DNA of 64,000 nt, taken from the NCBI GenBank assembly GCA_947630595.1, contig CANRIG010000003.1, positions 8,640 through 72,639 on the forward strand, read 5' to 3'. The notes under the pieces are model-generated. The model did not search any database. It was not told the origin of the DNA and worked only from the letters and a program-made list of their open reading frames with translations. This DNA is from an uncultured Lachnospiraceae bacterium. GTDB lineage: Bacteria > Bacillota > Clostridia > Lachnospirales > Lachnospiraceae. The position numbers and the translations under genes were made by a program. This document shows positions 27,254-41,761 of this stretch, piece after piece (position 1 is the first letter of the stretch; each line of letters begins with the position of its first letter).

Positions 27254-27428
27254 CATCCCTGATGACTGCCGAAGACAGCAGGTGCCGCGAGGCATAAGGA
27301 GAAAACGCCTGCCGAGGAGTATAGAGATTCGTGGGAAGAATTCTGGTGCTCTCTGTCTGACAGAGAGCCCTTTTTATTCCTTGCAATTTCCGGCGGTACA
27401 CTCAAATCTATAAGGAGGTGCACCATTC
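27254..27428 (+). promoter_or_regulatory. rplJ leader (L10-leader-type ribosomal protein leader) with attenuator hairpin
   Basis: ~175-nt leader ahead of rplJ. GCTCTCTG-tctga-CAGAGAGC (27348-27368) followed by CCTTTTTATT. Position matches the Firmicutes L10 leader; no covariance-model search was possible. Confidence 0.55.
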
Positions 27429-27917
27429 ATGGCAAAAGTGGAACTGAAGAAACCGGTCGTGGAGGAGATTTCAGAGCACATCAAGGACGCTGAGTCCGTG
27501 GTCCTGATTCACTACAGCGGAATTACGGTGGAAGCGGATACCGCGCTTCGCAAGGAACTGAGAGAAGCCGGCATCGTCTACAAGGTTTACAAGAATACGA
27601 TGATGAATTTCGCATTCCAGGGCACGCCCTGCGAGCCGCTGACGAAGCATCTGGAAGGACCGAACGCGATTGCGATTTCCAAGACCGACGCGACGGCTCC
27701 GGCAAGAATTATCGCCAAGTACATGAAGACGGTTCCGACAATGAAGATGATTGCCGGCGTTGTGGAAGGCGGCTATTATGACGAAGCGGGCGTGACGGCT
27801 CTGGCGGCGATCCCGTCGAGAGAAGAACTGCTTGGCAGACTGTTTGGCAGCATGCAGTCGCCGATTGCAAATCTGGCACGCGTACTCAATCAGATTGCAG
27901 AAGCAAAAGCAGAGTAA
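27429..27917 (+). CDS. rplJ: 50S ribosomal protein L10
   Basis: 162 aa, AGGAGG RBS, precedes rplL. Confidence 0.95.
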   Translation: MAKVELKKPVVEEISEHIKDAESVVLIHYSGITVEADTALRKELREAGIVYKVYKNTMMNFAFQGTPCEPLTKHLEGPNAIAISKTDATAPARIIAKYMKTVPTMKMIAGVVEGGYYDEAGVTALAAIPSREELLGRLFGSMQSPIANLARVLNQIAEAKAE

Positions 27918-27975
27918 GAGCAATACCGTATCCGAAAAACGAAGTTAAAACTATGATAATCAGGAGGAAAATGAA

Positions 27976-28350
27976 ATGGCAAAGTTGACGACAGCTGAAT
28001 TTATTGAAGCGATCAAAGAGTTATCCGTACTTGAGCTGAACGAGCTGGTAAAAGCCTGCGAGGAGGAGTTCGGCGTATCTGCGGCGGCAGGCGTTGTGGT
28101 TGCAGCGGCAGCAGGCCCGGCAGAGGCTGAGGAAGAGAAGGACGAGTTCGATGTAGAGCTGACCGAGATTGGCCCGTCCAAGGTTAAGGTAATCAAGGTT
28201 GTCCGCGAGGCGACAGGTCTTGGCCTGAAAGAGGCGAAGGACGTTGTTGACAGCGCTCCGAAGGTGATCAAGGAGGGCGCTACCAAGGCTGAGGCTGAGG
28301 AGCTGAAGACAAAGCTCGAGGCAGAGGGCGCAAAGGTTACCCTGAAATAA
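27976..28350 (+). CDS. rplL: 50S ribosomal protein L7/L12
   Basis: 124 aa. Ala-rich hinge [21 protein letters not shown]-terminal [21 protein letters not shown]. Confidence 0.95.
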   Translation: MAKLTTAEFIEAIKELSVLELNELVKACEEEFGVSAAAGVVVAAAAGPAEAEEEKDEFDVELTEIGPSKVKVIKVVREATGLGLKEAKDVVDSAPKVIKEGATKAEAEELKTKLEAEGAKVTLK

Positions 28351-28383
28351 TCCCCAAAACCGCAGACCGCGCGAGCGGCAGAA

Positions 28384-28417
28384 GGCATGCGCCGGAGATT
28401 CCGGACGCATGCCTTTT
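28384..28417 (+). terminator. hairpin/partial terminator between rplL and rpoB
   Basis: GGCATGCGCCGGA-gat-TCCGGaCGCATGCC followed by TTTTAAAAA. Confidence 0.6.
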
Positions 28418-28493
28418 AAAAACCACATTCCGGATGCCACATCTTTTTCATTTTTTTCAGCAGATTTTTGGCAAATTGTTTTCATATTTTTTC

Positions 28494-28522
28494 TTGACAC
28501 GCCATTTGATTTATGTTAGAGT
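28494..28522 (+). promoter_or_regulatory. candidate promoter upstream of rpoB
   Basis: TTGACA 28494-28499, 17-nt spacer, TGtTAGAGT (hexamer 28517-28522). Confidence 0.45.
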
Positions 28523-28613
28523 GTAGGTTGCACTATTGTGCAGGATTATGCCCCAGGGTATTATTATGCCCAAAAGTTGACCAGACTGCAGAAAGAACAG
28601 AGGTGAAACGTCA

Positions 28614-31600
28614 ATGGAGAAAAACAGGATACGTCCTATTACAAATGGGAAGGGATTCCGTATGAGCTATTCACGCCAGAAGGAAGTCCTTGAGATGCCG
28701 AATCTTATTGAAGTTCAGAAGGATTCTTACCAGTGGTTCCTGGACGAGGGACTCAGAGAAGTCTTTGATGATATCTCTCCAATTGAAGATTACAGCGGCA
28801 AGCTGAGCCTTGAGTTTGTCGATTTTAAGCTTTGTGAAGACGATGTGAAATACACGATCGAAGAGTGCGTGGAGCGTGACGCCACGTATGCGGCTCCGCT
28901 GAAGGTACGGGTGCGTCTCCACAACAAGGAGAACGACGAGATCAGCGAGCACGATATTTTTATGGGCGATCTTCCTCTGATGACAGCAACGGGAACATTT
29001 GTAATCAACGGCGCAGAGCGTGTCATTGTCAGTCAGCTTGTGCGTTCTCCGGGCATTTACTACGCGATTGCGCATGACAAGCTGGGCAAAAAGCTCTATT
29101 CCTGCACCGTGATTCCGAACCGCGGCGCGTGGCTGGAGTATGAGACCGACTCAAACGACGTTTTCTATGTGCGTGTGGACAGAACCAGAAAGGTGCCGGT
29201 GACTGTCCTGATTCGTGCGCTCGGCATCAGCTCCAATGCGGCGATCATCGAGATGTTCGGTGAGGAGCCGAAGATTGTCGCCACGCTGGCGAAGGATACG
29301 GCCACCAATTACGAGGAGGGCCTGCTCGAGCTGTACAAAAAAATCCGTCCGGGCGAGCCGCTGGCCGTGGAGAGCGCGGAGAGCCTGATCATGAGCATGT
29401 TTTTCGACCCGCGCCGGTACGATCTGGCCAAGGTCGGCCGCTATAAATTCAACAAAAAACTGATGTTCCGCAACCGCATAAACGGCAGGGTGCTGGCGGA
29501 GGACGCGGTGAATACTGAGACCGGCGAGATCATCGCCGAGGCCGGGACCGTGCTCACGCGCGAGCTGGCGGACCAGATTCAGAACGCGGCGATTCCGTCC
29601 GTGCTGATTCACACGGAGGAGCGCGACGTCCGGGTGCTCTCCAGCATGATGGTGGACCTGCGCAGCTTTGTCGACTGCAACCCGCGCGAGCTGGGGATCA
29701 CGGAGCTCGTATATTATCCTGCACTCAAGGAGATTCTGGACAAAAACGAAAGCATTGACGATATTAAAGAGGCGATCCGGAAATCGGTTCACGACCTGAT
29801 TCCGAAGCATATCACGAAGGAGGATATCCTCGCTTCGATTAACTACAATATACATCTGGAGTACGGACTCGGCAACGACGACGATATCGACCATCTCGGC
29901 AACCGCCGTATCCGCGCGGTGGGCGAGCTGCTGCAGAACCAGTACCGCATCGGCCTGTCGAGACTGGAGCGCGTGGTGCGCGAGCGCATGACCACGCAGG
30001 AGATTGAGGGGATTTCCCCGCAGTCCCTGATCAACATCAAGCCGGTGACGGCGGCGGTCAAGGAGTTCTTCGGCTCCTCGCAGTTGTCCCAGTTCATGGA
30101 CCAGAACAATCCGCTCGGCGAGCTGACGCACAAGCGCCGTCTCTCCGCGCTGGGCCCGGGCGGCCTTTCGAGAGACCGCGCCGGATTCGAGGTGCGTGAC
30201 GTACATTACTCGCACTACGGCAGAATGTGCCCGATCGAGACCCCCGAGGGTCCGAACATCGGCCTGATCAACTCGCTGGCGACCTATGCGAGGATCAATG
30301 AGTACGGATTCGTGGAGGCTCCGTACCGCAAAATCGACAAATCCGACCCCAAAAATCCGCGCGTGACCGAGGAAGTGGTCTACATGACGGCGGATGAAGA
30401 GGACAATTACCATGTGGCGCAGGCGAACGAGGCGCTGGATGAGGAAGGGCATTTCGTCCGCAAAAACGTATCCGGACGCTACCGCGAGGAGACGCAGGAA
30501 TATGAGCGCAGCATGTTCGACTTCATGGACGTGTCCCCGAAGATGGTGTTCTCGGTGGCGACGGCGCTGATTCCGTTCCTTGAGAACGACGACGCGAACC
30601 GCGCCCTCATGGGTTCCAATATGCAGCGCCAGGCGGTGCCGCTTTTGACGACGGAGGCCCCGGTGGTGGGCACCGGCATGGAGACCAAGACGGCGGTGGA
30701 CTCCGGCGTGTGCGTGATCGCGCGCAACGCGGGCGTGGTCGAGCGGGCCACGGCCAAGGACATCGTGGTGCGTACGGACGATGGCATGCGCGACGAGTAT
30801 CACCTGATGAAATTTGTCCGCAGCAACCAGAGCAACTGCTACAACCAGCGGCCGATCGTGCTCAAGGGAGAGCGCGTGGAGGCGGGACAGGTGATCGCGG
30901 ACGGTCCGTCCACCTCAAACGGTGAGATCGCCCTCGGCAAGAACCCGCTGATCGGCTTTATGACATGGGAAGGCTACAACTACGAGGACGCGGTCCTGCT
31001 CAGCGAGAAGCTGGTCATGGACGACGTGTACACCTCGGTTCACATTGAGGAGTACGAGGCGGAGTCGCGCGATACCAAGCTCGGCCCGGAGGAGATCACA
31101 CGCGATGTGCCGGGCGTCGGCGACGACGCGCTCAAGGACCTCGACGAGCGCGGCATCATCCGCATCGGCGCGGAGGTGCGCGCCGGCGATATTCTGGTCG
31201 GCAAGGTGACGCCCAAGGGCGAGACGGAGCTGACCGCGGAGGAGCGCCTGCTGCGCGCGATCTTCGGCGAGAAGGCCCGCGAGGTCCGCGACACCTCGCT
31301 GAAGGTGCCGCACGGCGAATACGGCATTGTCGTGGACGCCAAGGTATTCACGCGCGAGAACGGCGACGAGCTGTCCCCGGGCGTCAACCAGGCGGTGCGC
31401 ATTTACATCGCCCAGAAGCGCAAGATTTCCGTGGGCGACAAGATGGCCGGACGTCACGGCAACAAGGGCGTGGTTTCCCGCGTGCTCCCGGTGGAGGATA
31501 TGCCGTTTCTGCCGAACGGCCGTCCGCTCGACATCGTGCTGAACCCGCTGGGCGTGCCGTCCCGTATGAACATCGGACAGGTGCTGGAGATTCACCTGAG

Positions 31601-32459
31601 CCTGGCGGCCAAGGCCCTCGGCTTCAACGTGGCGACGCCGGTCTTCGACGGCGCGAATGAAAAAGATATTACCGATACTCTGGAGCTGGCGAACGATTAT
31701 GTCAACCTGGAGTGGGATGAATTTAAAGAAAAGCATGAAGACGAGCTGCTCCCGGAGGTGCTGGAGTATCTCTACGAGAACCGCGACCACAGGGCGCTGT
31801 GGAAGGGCGTGCCGATTTCCAGCGACGGCAAGGTGCTGCTGCGCGACGGCCGCACCGGCGAGTATTTCGACAGCCCGACCACCATCGGACACATGCATTA
31901 CCTGAAGCTCCACCATCTGGTGGACGACAAGATTCACGCGCGTTCCACCGGACCGTACTCCCTGGTGACGCAGCAGCCGCTCGGCGGCAAGGCCCAGTTC
32001 GGCGGCCAGCGTTTCGGAGAGATGGAGGTATGGGCGCTCGAGGCGTACGGCGCTTCCTACACGCTGCAGGAGATTCTGACCGTGAAATCGGACGACGTCG
32101 TGGGCCGTGTCAAGACCTACGAGGCGATTATCAAGGGCGAAAATATCCCGGAGCCGGGCATTCCGGAGTCGTTTAAGGTGCTCCTGAAAGAGCTGCAGTC
32201 CCTGGGCCTGGACGTCAAGGTGCTGCGCGACGACAACACCGAGGTCGAGCTGATGGAGAGCATCGACTACGGCGACACCGACCTGCGGGCCGTGATCGAA
32301 GGCGACCGCAGATACCAGGACAGAGAGGAATCGTTCGGCAGCTACGGCTTCAGCCAGCAGGAATTTGAGGGCGACGAGCTCGTGGACGTGGAAGAGGAAG
32401 AAGAAGAGCCGGAGGATGACGACTTTTTGGACATGGATGAAACTTTTGATGAAGAATAG
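28614..32459 (+). CDS. rpoB: DNA-directed RNA polymerase subunit beta
   Basis: 1281 aa. [45 protein letters not shown]. Acidic C-terminal tail. Confidence 0.97.
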   Translation: MEKNRIRPITNGKGFRMSYSRQKEVLEMPNLIEVQKDSYQWFLDEGLREVFDDISPIEDYSGKLSLEFVDFKLCEDDVKYTIEECVERDATYAAPLKVRVRLHNKENDEISEHDIFMGDLPLMTATGTFVINGAERVIVSQLVRSPGIYYAIAHDKLGKKLYSCTVIPNRGAWLEYETDSNDVFYVRVDRTRKVPVTVLIRALGISSNAAIIEMFGEEPKIVATLAKDTATNYEEGLLELYKKIRPGEPLAVESAESLIMSMFFDPRRYDLAKVGRYKFNKKLMFRNRINGRVLAEDAVNTETGEIIAEAGTVLTRELADQIQNAAIPSVLIHTEERDVRVLSSMMVDLRSFVDCNPRELGITELVYYPALKEILDKNESIDDIKEAIRKSVHDLIPKHITKEDILASINYNIHLEYGLGNDDDIDHLGNRRIRAVGELLQNQYRIGLSRLERVVRERMTTQEIEGISPQSLINIKPVTAAVKEFFGSSQLSQFMDQNNPLGELTHKRRLSALGPGGLSRDRAGFEVRDVHYSHYGRMCPIETPEGPNIGLINSLATYARINEYGFVEAPYRKIDKSDPKNPRVTEEVVYMTADEEDNYHVAQANEALDEEGHFVRKNVSGRYREETQEYERSMFDFMDVSPKMVFSVATALIPFLENDDANRALMGSNMQRQAVPLLTTEAPVVGTGMETKTAVDSGVCVIARNAGVVERATAKDIVVRTDDGMRDEYHLMKFVRSNQSNCYNQRPIVLKGERVEAGQVIADGPSTSNGEIALGKNPLIGFMTWEGYNYEDAVLLSEKLVMDDVYTSVHIEEYEAESRDTKLGPEEITRDVPGVGDDALKDLDERGIIRIGAEVRAGDILVGKVTPKGETELTAEERLLRAIFGEKAREVRDTSLKVPHGEYGIVVDAKVFTRENGDELSPGVNQAVRIYIAQKRKISVGDKMAGRHGNKGVVSRVLPVEDMPFLPNGRPLDIVLNPLGVPSRMNIGQVLEIHLSLAAKALGFNVATPVFDGANEKDITDTLELANDYVNLEWDEFKEKHEDELLPEVLEYLYENRDHRALWKGVPISSDGKVLLRDGRTGEYFDSPTTIGHMHYLKLHHLVDDKIHARSTGPYSLVTQQPLGGKAQFGGQRFGEMEVWALEAYGASYTLQEILTVKSDDVVGRVKTYEAIIKGENIPEPGIPESFKVLLKELQSLGLDVKVLRDDNTEVELMESIDYGDTDLRAVIEGDRRYQDREESFGSYGFSQQEFEGDELVDVEEEEEEPEDDDFLDMDETFDEE

Positions 32460-32480
32460 CGTGTGAAAGGAGTGCCGTCA

Positions 32481-36263
<3,783 letters not shown>

Positions 36264-36287
<24 letters not shown>

Positions 36288-36351
36288 GCCGCGGGACGGT
36301 TTTCGGGCTGAGAGGCGGCGCGGCTGCGGAGGAAGAATGAGCCGCGGGACG
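36264..36351 (+). repeat. 35-nt direct duplication spanning the rpoC stop codon (period 53 nt)
   Basis: 36264-36298 and 36317-36351 are 33/35 identical (GGCGCGGCYGCGGAGRAAGAATGAGCCGCGGGACG). Confidence 0.8.
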
Positions 36352-36413
36352 TCCGTTCCGGCCGGGACGCCGATGCGGGGAGACAGGACAGTGACAGTAT
36401 GACAGAATTGTGA

Positions 36414-36485
36414 GGGCGGGGCGGAAGACTCCGGCCGGCGGCAGAAAATGCCCCGGCGGTCAGTCTTTTGCCCCGCCTTTTTTCT
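36414..36485 (+). terminator. rho-independent terminator after rpoC
   Basis: GGGCGGGGCGGAAGACT (36414-36430) pairs with AGTCTTTTGCCCCGCC (36462-36477), followed by TTTTTTCT. Confidence 0.7.
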
Positions 36486-36614
36486 GCCCGCGCGCAGAGT
36501 CTGCCTGCGGAGACGGTGGGGAGGAAGGGCTGGCTTTTTTTTCGGTATTATGTTAAGATAAAGAAAAAATTCGGAAAACGAAAGGAAACTATGAACGTCA
36601 GGAGGTAGATCATT

Positions 36615-37352
36615 ATGTTAAGAGGAAAGACAGCCGTCGTCACCGGCGGTACGAGGGGCATCGGCTTCGCGATCGTCAGGAAGTATCTGGAGAACGGGGC
36701 GAATGTTGTGGTCGCAGGCAGCCGCCAGGAGACCGTGGAGAAGGCCCTGGCGCAGTTGTCGGAATATAAGGACCGCGTCATGGGCATCTGGCCGGATCTG
36801 TGCAGCCCGGAGAAGGTCGCCGCGGCCCTGGATTCCGTCAGGGAGCGGTTCGGCTCCGTCGATATCATGGTCAACAACGCAGGCATTTCCTCGCGCACCA
36901 ACCTGTATGATTATACGCTGGAGGAGTTTTCCAGGATTCTCGATATCAACATCAAGGCGGTCTTTGTCTGCTCTCAGGCGGCGGCGCGGATCATGAAAGG
37001 ACAGGGCGGCGGTGTGATCATCAATGCCAGCTCCATGGTGGGCGAGTACGGACAGCCGTCCGGCTGCGGCTATCCCGCGAGCAAGTTCGCGGTCAACGGC
37101 CTGACGAAGTCCCTGGCCAGGGAGCTGGCGAAGGACGGGATCCGGGTCAACGCGGTGGCCCCCGGCGTGACCAGGACCGACATGGTCGCGGCGCTGCCGA
37201 AGGAGATGGTAGACCGGATCTCCGCGCAGATCCCGATGGGCCGTCCCGGGGAGCCGGAGGACGTCGCCAACGCGTATCTGTTTCTGGCAAGCGACGCGTC
37301 GTCCTATGTCACCGGCATCGTCCTGCGCGTGGACGGCGCGGCGATGAACTAG
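36615..37352 (+). CDS. SDR family oxidoreductase (FabG-like)
   Basis: 245 aa. VTGGTRGIG, NNAG, YPASKFA. Confidence 0.85.
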   Translation: MLRGKTAVVTGGTRGIGFAIVRKYLENGANVVVAGSRQETVEKALAQLSEYKDRVMGIWPDLCSPEKVAAALDSVRERFGSVDIMVNNAGISSRTNLYDYTLEEFSRILDINIKAVFVCSQAAARIMKGQGGGVIINASSMVGEYGQPSGCGYPASKFAVNGLTKSLARELAKDGIRVNAVAPGVTRTDMVAALPKEMVDRISAQIPMGRPGEPEDVANAYLFLASDASSYVTGIVLRVDGAAMN

Positions 37353-37359
37353 AGCTTCG

Positions 37360-38253
37360 TCACAGAAAATCAAAATCCCCGTCATACATCTTTCGCAGCT
37401 CGGAGGGCGTGCAGCCCACGAGCTGTTTGAACATGCGCAGAAACGCGGAGAGGTTCGAGAAACCGCAGCGCAGGGAGACCTCGAGCACGGAGAGTTCCTT
37501 GTCGATCAGCAGCGTCTTCGCGTAGGCGATCCGCTTCTGGTTGAGGTACTTGTAGAAGGATGTGTCCGCGTACTGCTTGAAGAGCCGCGTGAAGTGGTAC
37601 TTGGAGAAGCCGGCCATCGAGGCCATCTCGTCCAGCGTCAGCGGCTCGGTGTAGTGCTCGTTGATATAGTTGCAGATGAAGATGAACTTGTCCATATACT
37701 CCTGCTGTTTGGAGTTCCCGGCCGTGAAATTCTGCCGGACGGCCTCGGCGTGGTGCCGCCCGATCAGGACGAGGATCTCCATGAACTTGGAGTAGATGCT
37801 CGACTCCGTGAAAAAGGGAGGGAGCAGGTACTCGTCGCGGATCTCCAGCATGAGCCGGCGGATCCGGTCATAGATCTGCGGGTGCGTCTCCGGCGTGATC
37901 AGGATCGCGGGGCTGATCATGGAGATCAGCATATCCAGCTCGCTGGCGGCGATCGTGGGGAGCGTCGGCTGGAAGATGATCCGCGCGCCGGTCCCGGGCG
38001 CGAAGAGCTCGTGGACGATCCCCGGGCAGATGACGATGAGGTCGCCCTCGCGCAGGGTGTACTCTTTGTTCCCGCAGTGCACCAGGTAGCCGTTGGACGT
38101 GGGCATGATCAGCTCGAACGGTGTGTGCCAGTGCGGGGGATAGTTCTCCGCCTCGTCGTTGTTGTACAGCTGGAGGTGCATGTTCTTCTTATAGTTGACT
38201 GTCTCATGCAGGCCGTTCAGATTCTCGATCAAGTCAGCTCGCTTCCTTTCCAA
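37360..38253 (-). CDS. AraC family transcriptional regulator (cupin N-domain)
   Basis: 297 aa. PPHWHTPFELIMP cupin region. C-terminal double HTH (LTLDEMASMAGFSKYHFTRLFK...VSLRCGFSNLSAFLRMFK). Confidence 0.9.
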   Translation of the reverse strand: MERKRADLIENLNGLHETVNYKKNMHLQLYNNDEAENYPPHWHTPFELIMPTSNGYLVHCGNKEYTLREGDLIVICPGIVHELFAPGTGARIIFQPTLPTIAASELDMLISMISPAILITPETHPQIYDRIRRLMLEIRDEYLLPPFFTESSIYSKFMEILVLIGRHHAEAVRQNFTAGNSKQQEYMDKFIFICNYINEHYTEPLTLDEMASMAGFSKYHFTRLFKQYADTSFYKYLNQKRIAYAKTLLIDKELSVLEVSLRCGFSNLSAFLRMFKQLVGCTPSELRKMYDGDFDFL

Positions 38254-38557
38254 TTATTTGCTTTTTTGAGTTGTGAAGTGCAAATTATTTTCGTGTTCCA
38301 TTGTACCAAATGTGATAATAATTTTCAATACAAAGTGTCATGTTCGTTTTTTTGACGGAATGTTTTGGAGATTATCCATAAAAAAAGATAGAAAAATGTG
38401 GGAATCAGATATTTATCTATCAAAAATGATGAGGACGAAAAGAAAACAAGAGCAATAATTAGGAGTAAAATAGCAAGGATTGAGAGGAAAACGGACGGCG
38501 AATCGATTATACTGGAACTACAGTAACCAGTGAATTATCAAAAAAGGAGGAAATGAA

Positions 38558-39850
38558 ATGAAGATGAAGAAATGGATTTCAGTCGCTCTGACGGCTGCCA
38601 TGGTCGGCAGCATGATGGTGACGGCTCTGCCGGTGCAGGCGGAGGAGCCCGTGGAGATCACCTGGATGTTCTGGGATGACCTCGAGGCGACTACAGACAC
38701 GACGTCCCTCGGCTACGCGGACGTCATCAACCGGTTCAACACCGAGTACGAGGGTCAGTACCATGTGACCCCGATCACGACGAACCTGGAGGAGTACGAC
38801 GGCAAGCTCAACGCACTGATCGCCGCAGGCGATACGCCGGATCTGTACATCTGTAACCCGGGCCCGAACATGGACGTGTATGTCGAGGCGGGTGCCGCTG
38901 CGGACCTCACCGACATCCTGACGAACCAGGAAGCCGACTGGTATGCGACCTTCACGGACGGCATCTTCGACCGGATGACCTACGACGGAAAGATCATGGG
39001 CATCCCGACCTGCTTCCAGGCGGCGTGCGTATTCTACAACACCGAGCTGTTTGAGCAGGCGGGCGTGGAAGTTCCGACCACCTACGACGAGCTGCTCACG
39101 GTCTGCCAGACGCTCCAGGATGCCGGCATTACGCCGATCTCCTGCTCGGCCGGCACGGCATGGTGCCTGTCGATGATCGCAGGTTACCTGTGCGACCGTC
39201 AGGGCGCTGACCTTGAGGCAATCGCGAACCACGAGGCGAACTGGACGGACGACGTGTTCGTACAGGCCGCTACGAAGCTTCAGGAGCTCTCCAAGTACTT
39301 CCAGCCGACGGCGGCAGGCGATTCCAACGACCAGGCGACCGCAGCGTTCTACAACGAAGAGGCGGCTATGCTCGTTCAGGGTTCCTGGGTCATCGGCCAG
39401 ATGAACGGCGCGAGCGACACGATCGAGGACAAGTGCGGCGTGTTCCAGTTCCCGGCCATCGAGGGCGGCGCGGATCCGAACCGTACGATCGTCAAGACGG
39501 ACAACCTGCTGATGAGCTCCACGACCGAGCATCAGGATGCGGTGATCGCTTTGATGAAGATGTTCACGGATGAGACGGCTCAGAAGTACATGGCAGAGGT
39601 TGCCGGCAAGTTCCCGATCAACAAGAACGTTGAGATCGACTACGACGTGGCTCCGGCTCAGCTGAAGTACGTGCAGGACATCATGGCTCAGGCGACCGGT
39701 ACACTCGGCTTCTACAACGAGTCCCTGGATTCCGTTGAGGCCGGCGACTGCTTCGACAACGCGATGGTCGACGTGTTCCTCGGCAACGCGGAGCCGCTGG
39801 ACGCTCTGCAGACGGTGCAGGATTTCTATGAGAGCAACGTCTGGGAGTAA
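38558..39850 (+). CDS. carbohydrate ABC transporter substrate-binding protein (family 1)
   Basis: 430 aa, signal peptide MKMKKWISVALTAAMVGSMMVTALPVQA. Followed by two permease genes. Confidence 0.85.
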   Translation: MKMKKWISVALTAAMVGSMMVTALPVQAEEPVEITWMFWDDLEATTDTTSLGYADVINRFNTEYEGQYHVTPITTNLEEYDGKLNALIAAGDTPDLYICNPGPNMDVYVEAGAAADLTDILTNQEADWYATFTDGIFDRMTYDGKIMGIPTCFQAACVFYNTELFEQAGVEVPTTYDELLTVCQTLQDAGITPISCSAGTAWCLSMIAGYLCDRQGADLEAIANHEANWTDDVFVQAATKLQELSKYFQPTAAGDSNDQATAAFYNEEAAMLVQGSWVIGQMNGASDTIEDKCGVFQFPAIEGGADPNRTIVKTDNLLMSSTTEHQDAVIALMKMFTDETAQKYMAEVAGKFPINKNVEIDYDVAPAQLKYVQDIMAQATGTLGFYNESLDSVEAGDCFDNAMVDVFLGNAEPLDALQTVQDFYESNVWE

Positions 39851-39962
39851 ACCGAACACTCTGAACATAATATCATAATGAATTAGTGGCAGGGAGCCGC
39901 TGCGGAACAGATGTGAGAACATGTTCTTGCAGCGGCTCCTCCTGCATAGAGAGGGAAAGGTT

Positions 39963-40850
39963 ATGGATAAAATATTACGGAATAAGAAGGCGATCTGCAT
40001 CTTCATCGCCCCGGCACTTATCATGTTTGTGCTGATTCTGATCATTCCTATGTTCCAGATGATCTACTATTCCTTCTGCGACTATGCGGCACTGACGCCG
40101 CCGTCCTTTGTGGGGCTTAAGAATTATCAGAACCTGTTTTTCAAGGATAAGACCTTCCGGATCGCGCTGAAGAACTCCATGTTCTTCATGGTCTTCTCGG
40201 CGGTCACGCAGCAGGTGATCGGCCTTCTGCTCGCGGTTCTGCTGACGAACATTCCGAAGGGCCGCAACGTGTTCAAGAACATCTACTACCTTCCGTGCGT
40301 GCTCTCCTCGGCTGCTCTCGGTCTTTTGTGGGCGTTCCTGTTCAACCCGAGGATCGGTATCAACCAGCTTCTCGCGAAGTTCGGCATCGAGGGTCCGCTG
40401 TGGCTGATGGATTCGAAGGGCTTTATCGTGCTGCCGATGTGGGTCATCGCGTTCGTGGCGCTGTGGCAGTACGTCGGCCAGAACATGATGCTGTACATGG
40501 CGCAGATCACGGGCATCTCGAAGGAGGTCTACGAGGCGTCCTACATCGACGGGGCGACGAAGCCGAAGGCGTTCCGCTACATCACGCTTCCGCTCGTGAA
40601 GCCGATGATGGTGACGTCCCTGTCGCTGAACTGCATCGGCTCCCTCAAATTCTTCGATCTTGTCTACAACATGACGCAGGGCGGCCCGAACCACCGCACG
40701 GAGGTGCTCGCGACCGAACTCTACGCGGAGGGCTTCAACTACTTTAAGTACGGCTACGCGAGCGCGATTTCGGTGATACTCTTGGTATTCTGCCTGATCG
40801 TGACGCTGCTGGTCAAACGCGTCATCAAAGTGGAAACATATGAAGGATAG
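39963..40850 (+). CDS. carbohydrate ABC transporter permease
   Basis: ATG 39963 (MDKILRNKKA...) preferred over listed 39921. Multi-TM, MalF/UgpA-like. Confidence 0.85.
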   Translation: MDKILRNKKAICIFIAPALIMFVLILIIPMFQMIYYSFCDYAALTPPSFVGLKNYQNLFFKDKTFRIALKNSMFFMVFSAVTQQVIGLLLAVLLTNIPKGRNVFKNIYYLPCVLSSAALGLLWAFLFNPRIGINQLLAKFGIEGPLWLMDSKGFIVLPMWVIAFVALWQYVGQNMMLYMAQITGISKEVYEASYIDGATKPKAFRYITLPLVKPMMVTSLSLNCIGSLKFFDLVYNMTQGGPNHRTEVLATELYAEGFNYFKYGYASAISVILLVFCLIVTLLVKRVIKVETYEG

Positions 40851-40862
40851 GAGGGCGGACGT

Positions 40863-41714
40863 ATGAACAATCATAAGACAAAGGCAAAGAAACCGATCAG
40901 TCCGGTTCTTATAGTGATCTATATTCTTCTGGTCCTGCTCGCGGTGCTGTATATCGCTCCGCTGCTCTGGATGCTCTCCGTGTCTCTGAAGGACAACCCG
41001 GAGCTGATGGCCGCGCCGTTCTCCCTGCCGAAAGCGTTCAACTGGGTGAACTACGCGGAGGCGTGGACGCTCGGCAAGCTGGGGATCGCGCTCCTGAACT
41101 CGGTCTTCGTCTGCGGCGTGACGCTCCTCGTGAGCCTGTTCTTCGGCTCGATGGCGGCGTTCGCGATCGGACGGATGCGCTGGAAATTTTCCGAGGCGAT
41201 GGGCACGTTCTTCCTGATCGGTATGATGGTGCCGGTGCACTGCATCCTGATCCCCCTGTTTGTGCGCTTCTCGCACATGGGGCTGACGAACTCGCGGTTC
41301 GGGCTGATGCTCCCGTACATCACGTTCTCGCTGCCGATGACGATCTTCCTGATGACCGGTTTCTTCAAATCGATCCCCGGCGAACTGTTTGAGTCGGCCG
41401 CGATCGACGGCTGCGGGATCTACCGCTGCTTCTTTCAGATTGCGCTCCCGCTGGCGCGCACGGGCTTCTTCGTGTCCGGGCTGATGACGTTCATCAACAA
41501 CTGGAACGAGCTGCTCCTGGCGATGGTGTTCATTTCGGATCCGCTGAAGAAGACGCTTCCGGTCACGCTGACTTACTTCGTGGGACCGTACGCGACAAAC
41601 TATGTGCAGATGTTTGCGGCGATTATCATTGCAATCGCACCGACAGTTATAGTATATTGTATATTCAGCAACCAGATCGTTGAGGGCCTGACGACGGGCG
41701 CGGTGAAAGGATAG
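40863..41714 (+). CDS. carbohydrate ABC transporter permease
   Basis: 283 aa, multi-TM, MalG/UgpE-like (ESAAIDGCG loop). Confidence 0.85.
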   Translation: MNNHKTKAKKPISPVLIVIYILLVLLAVLYIAPLLWMLSVSLKDNPELMAAPFSLPKAFNWVNYAEAWTLGKLGIALLNSVFVCGVTLLVSLFFGSMAAFAIGRMRWKFSEAMGTFFLIGMMVPVHCILIPLFVRFSHMGLTNSRFGLMLPYITFSLPMTIFLMTGFFKSIPGELFESAAIDGCGIYRCFFQIALPLARTGFFVSGLMTFINNWNELLLAMVFISDPLKKTLPVTLTYFVGPYATNYVQMFAAIIIAIAPTVIVYCIFSNQIVEGLTTGAVKG

Positions 41715-41761
41715 GGACGGCCTGACGTTATACTCGGCATCATGTATAGGAGCAGTGTGAG

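Noticed and set aside
38273-38458. 61-aa ORF in the AT-rich AraC / binding-protein divergent region
   Set aside because: GTG start without an RBS, composition typical of a promoter region, and no recognisable similarity.
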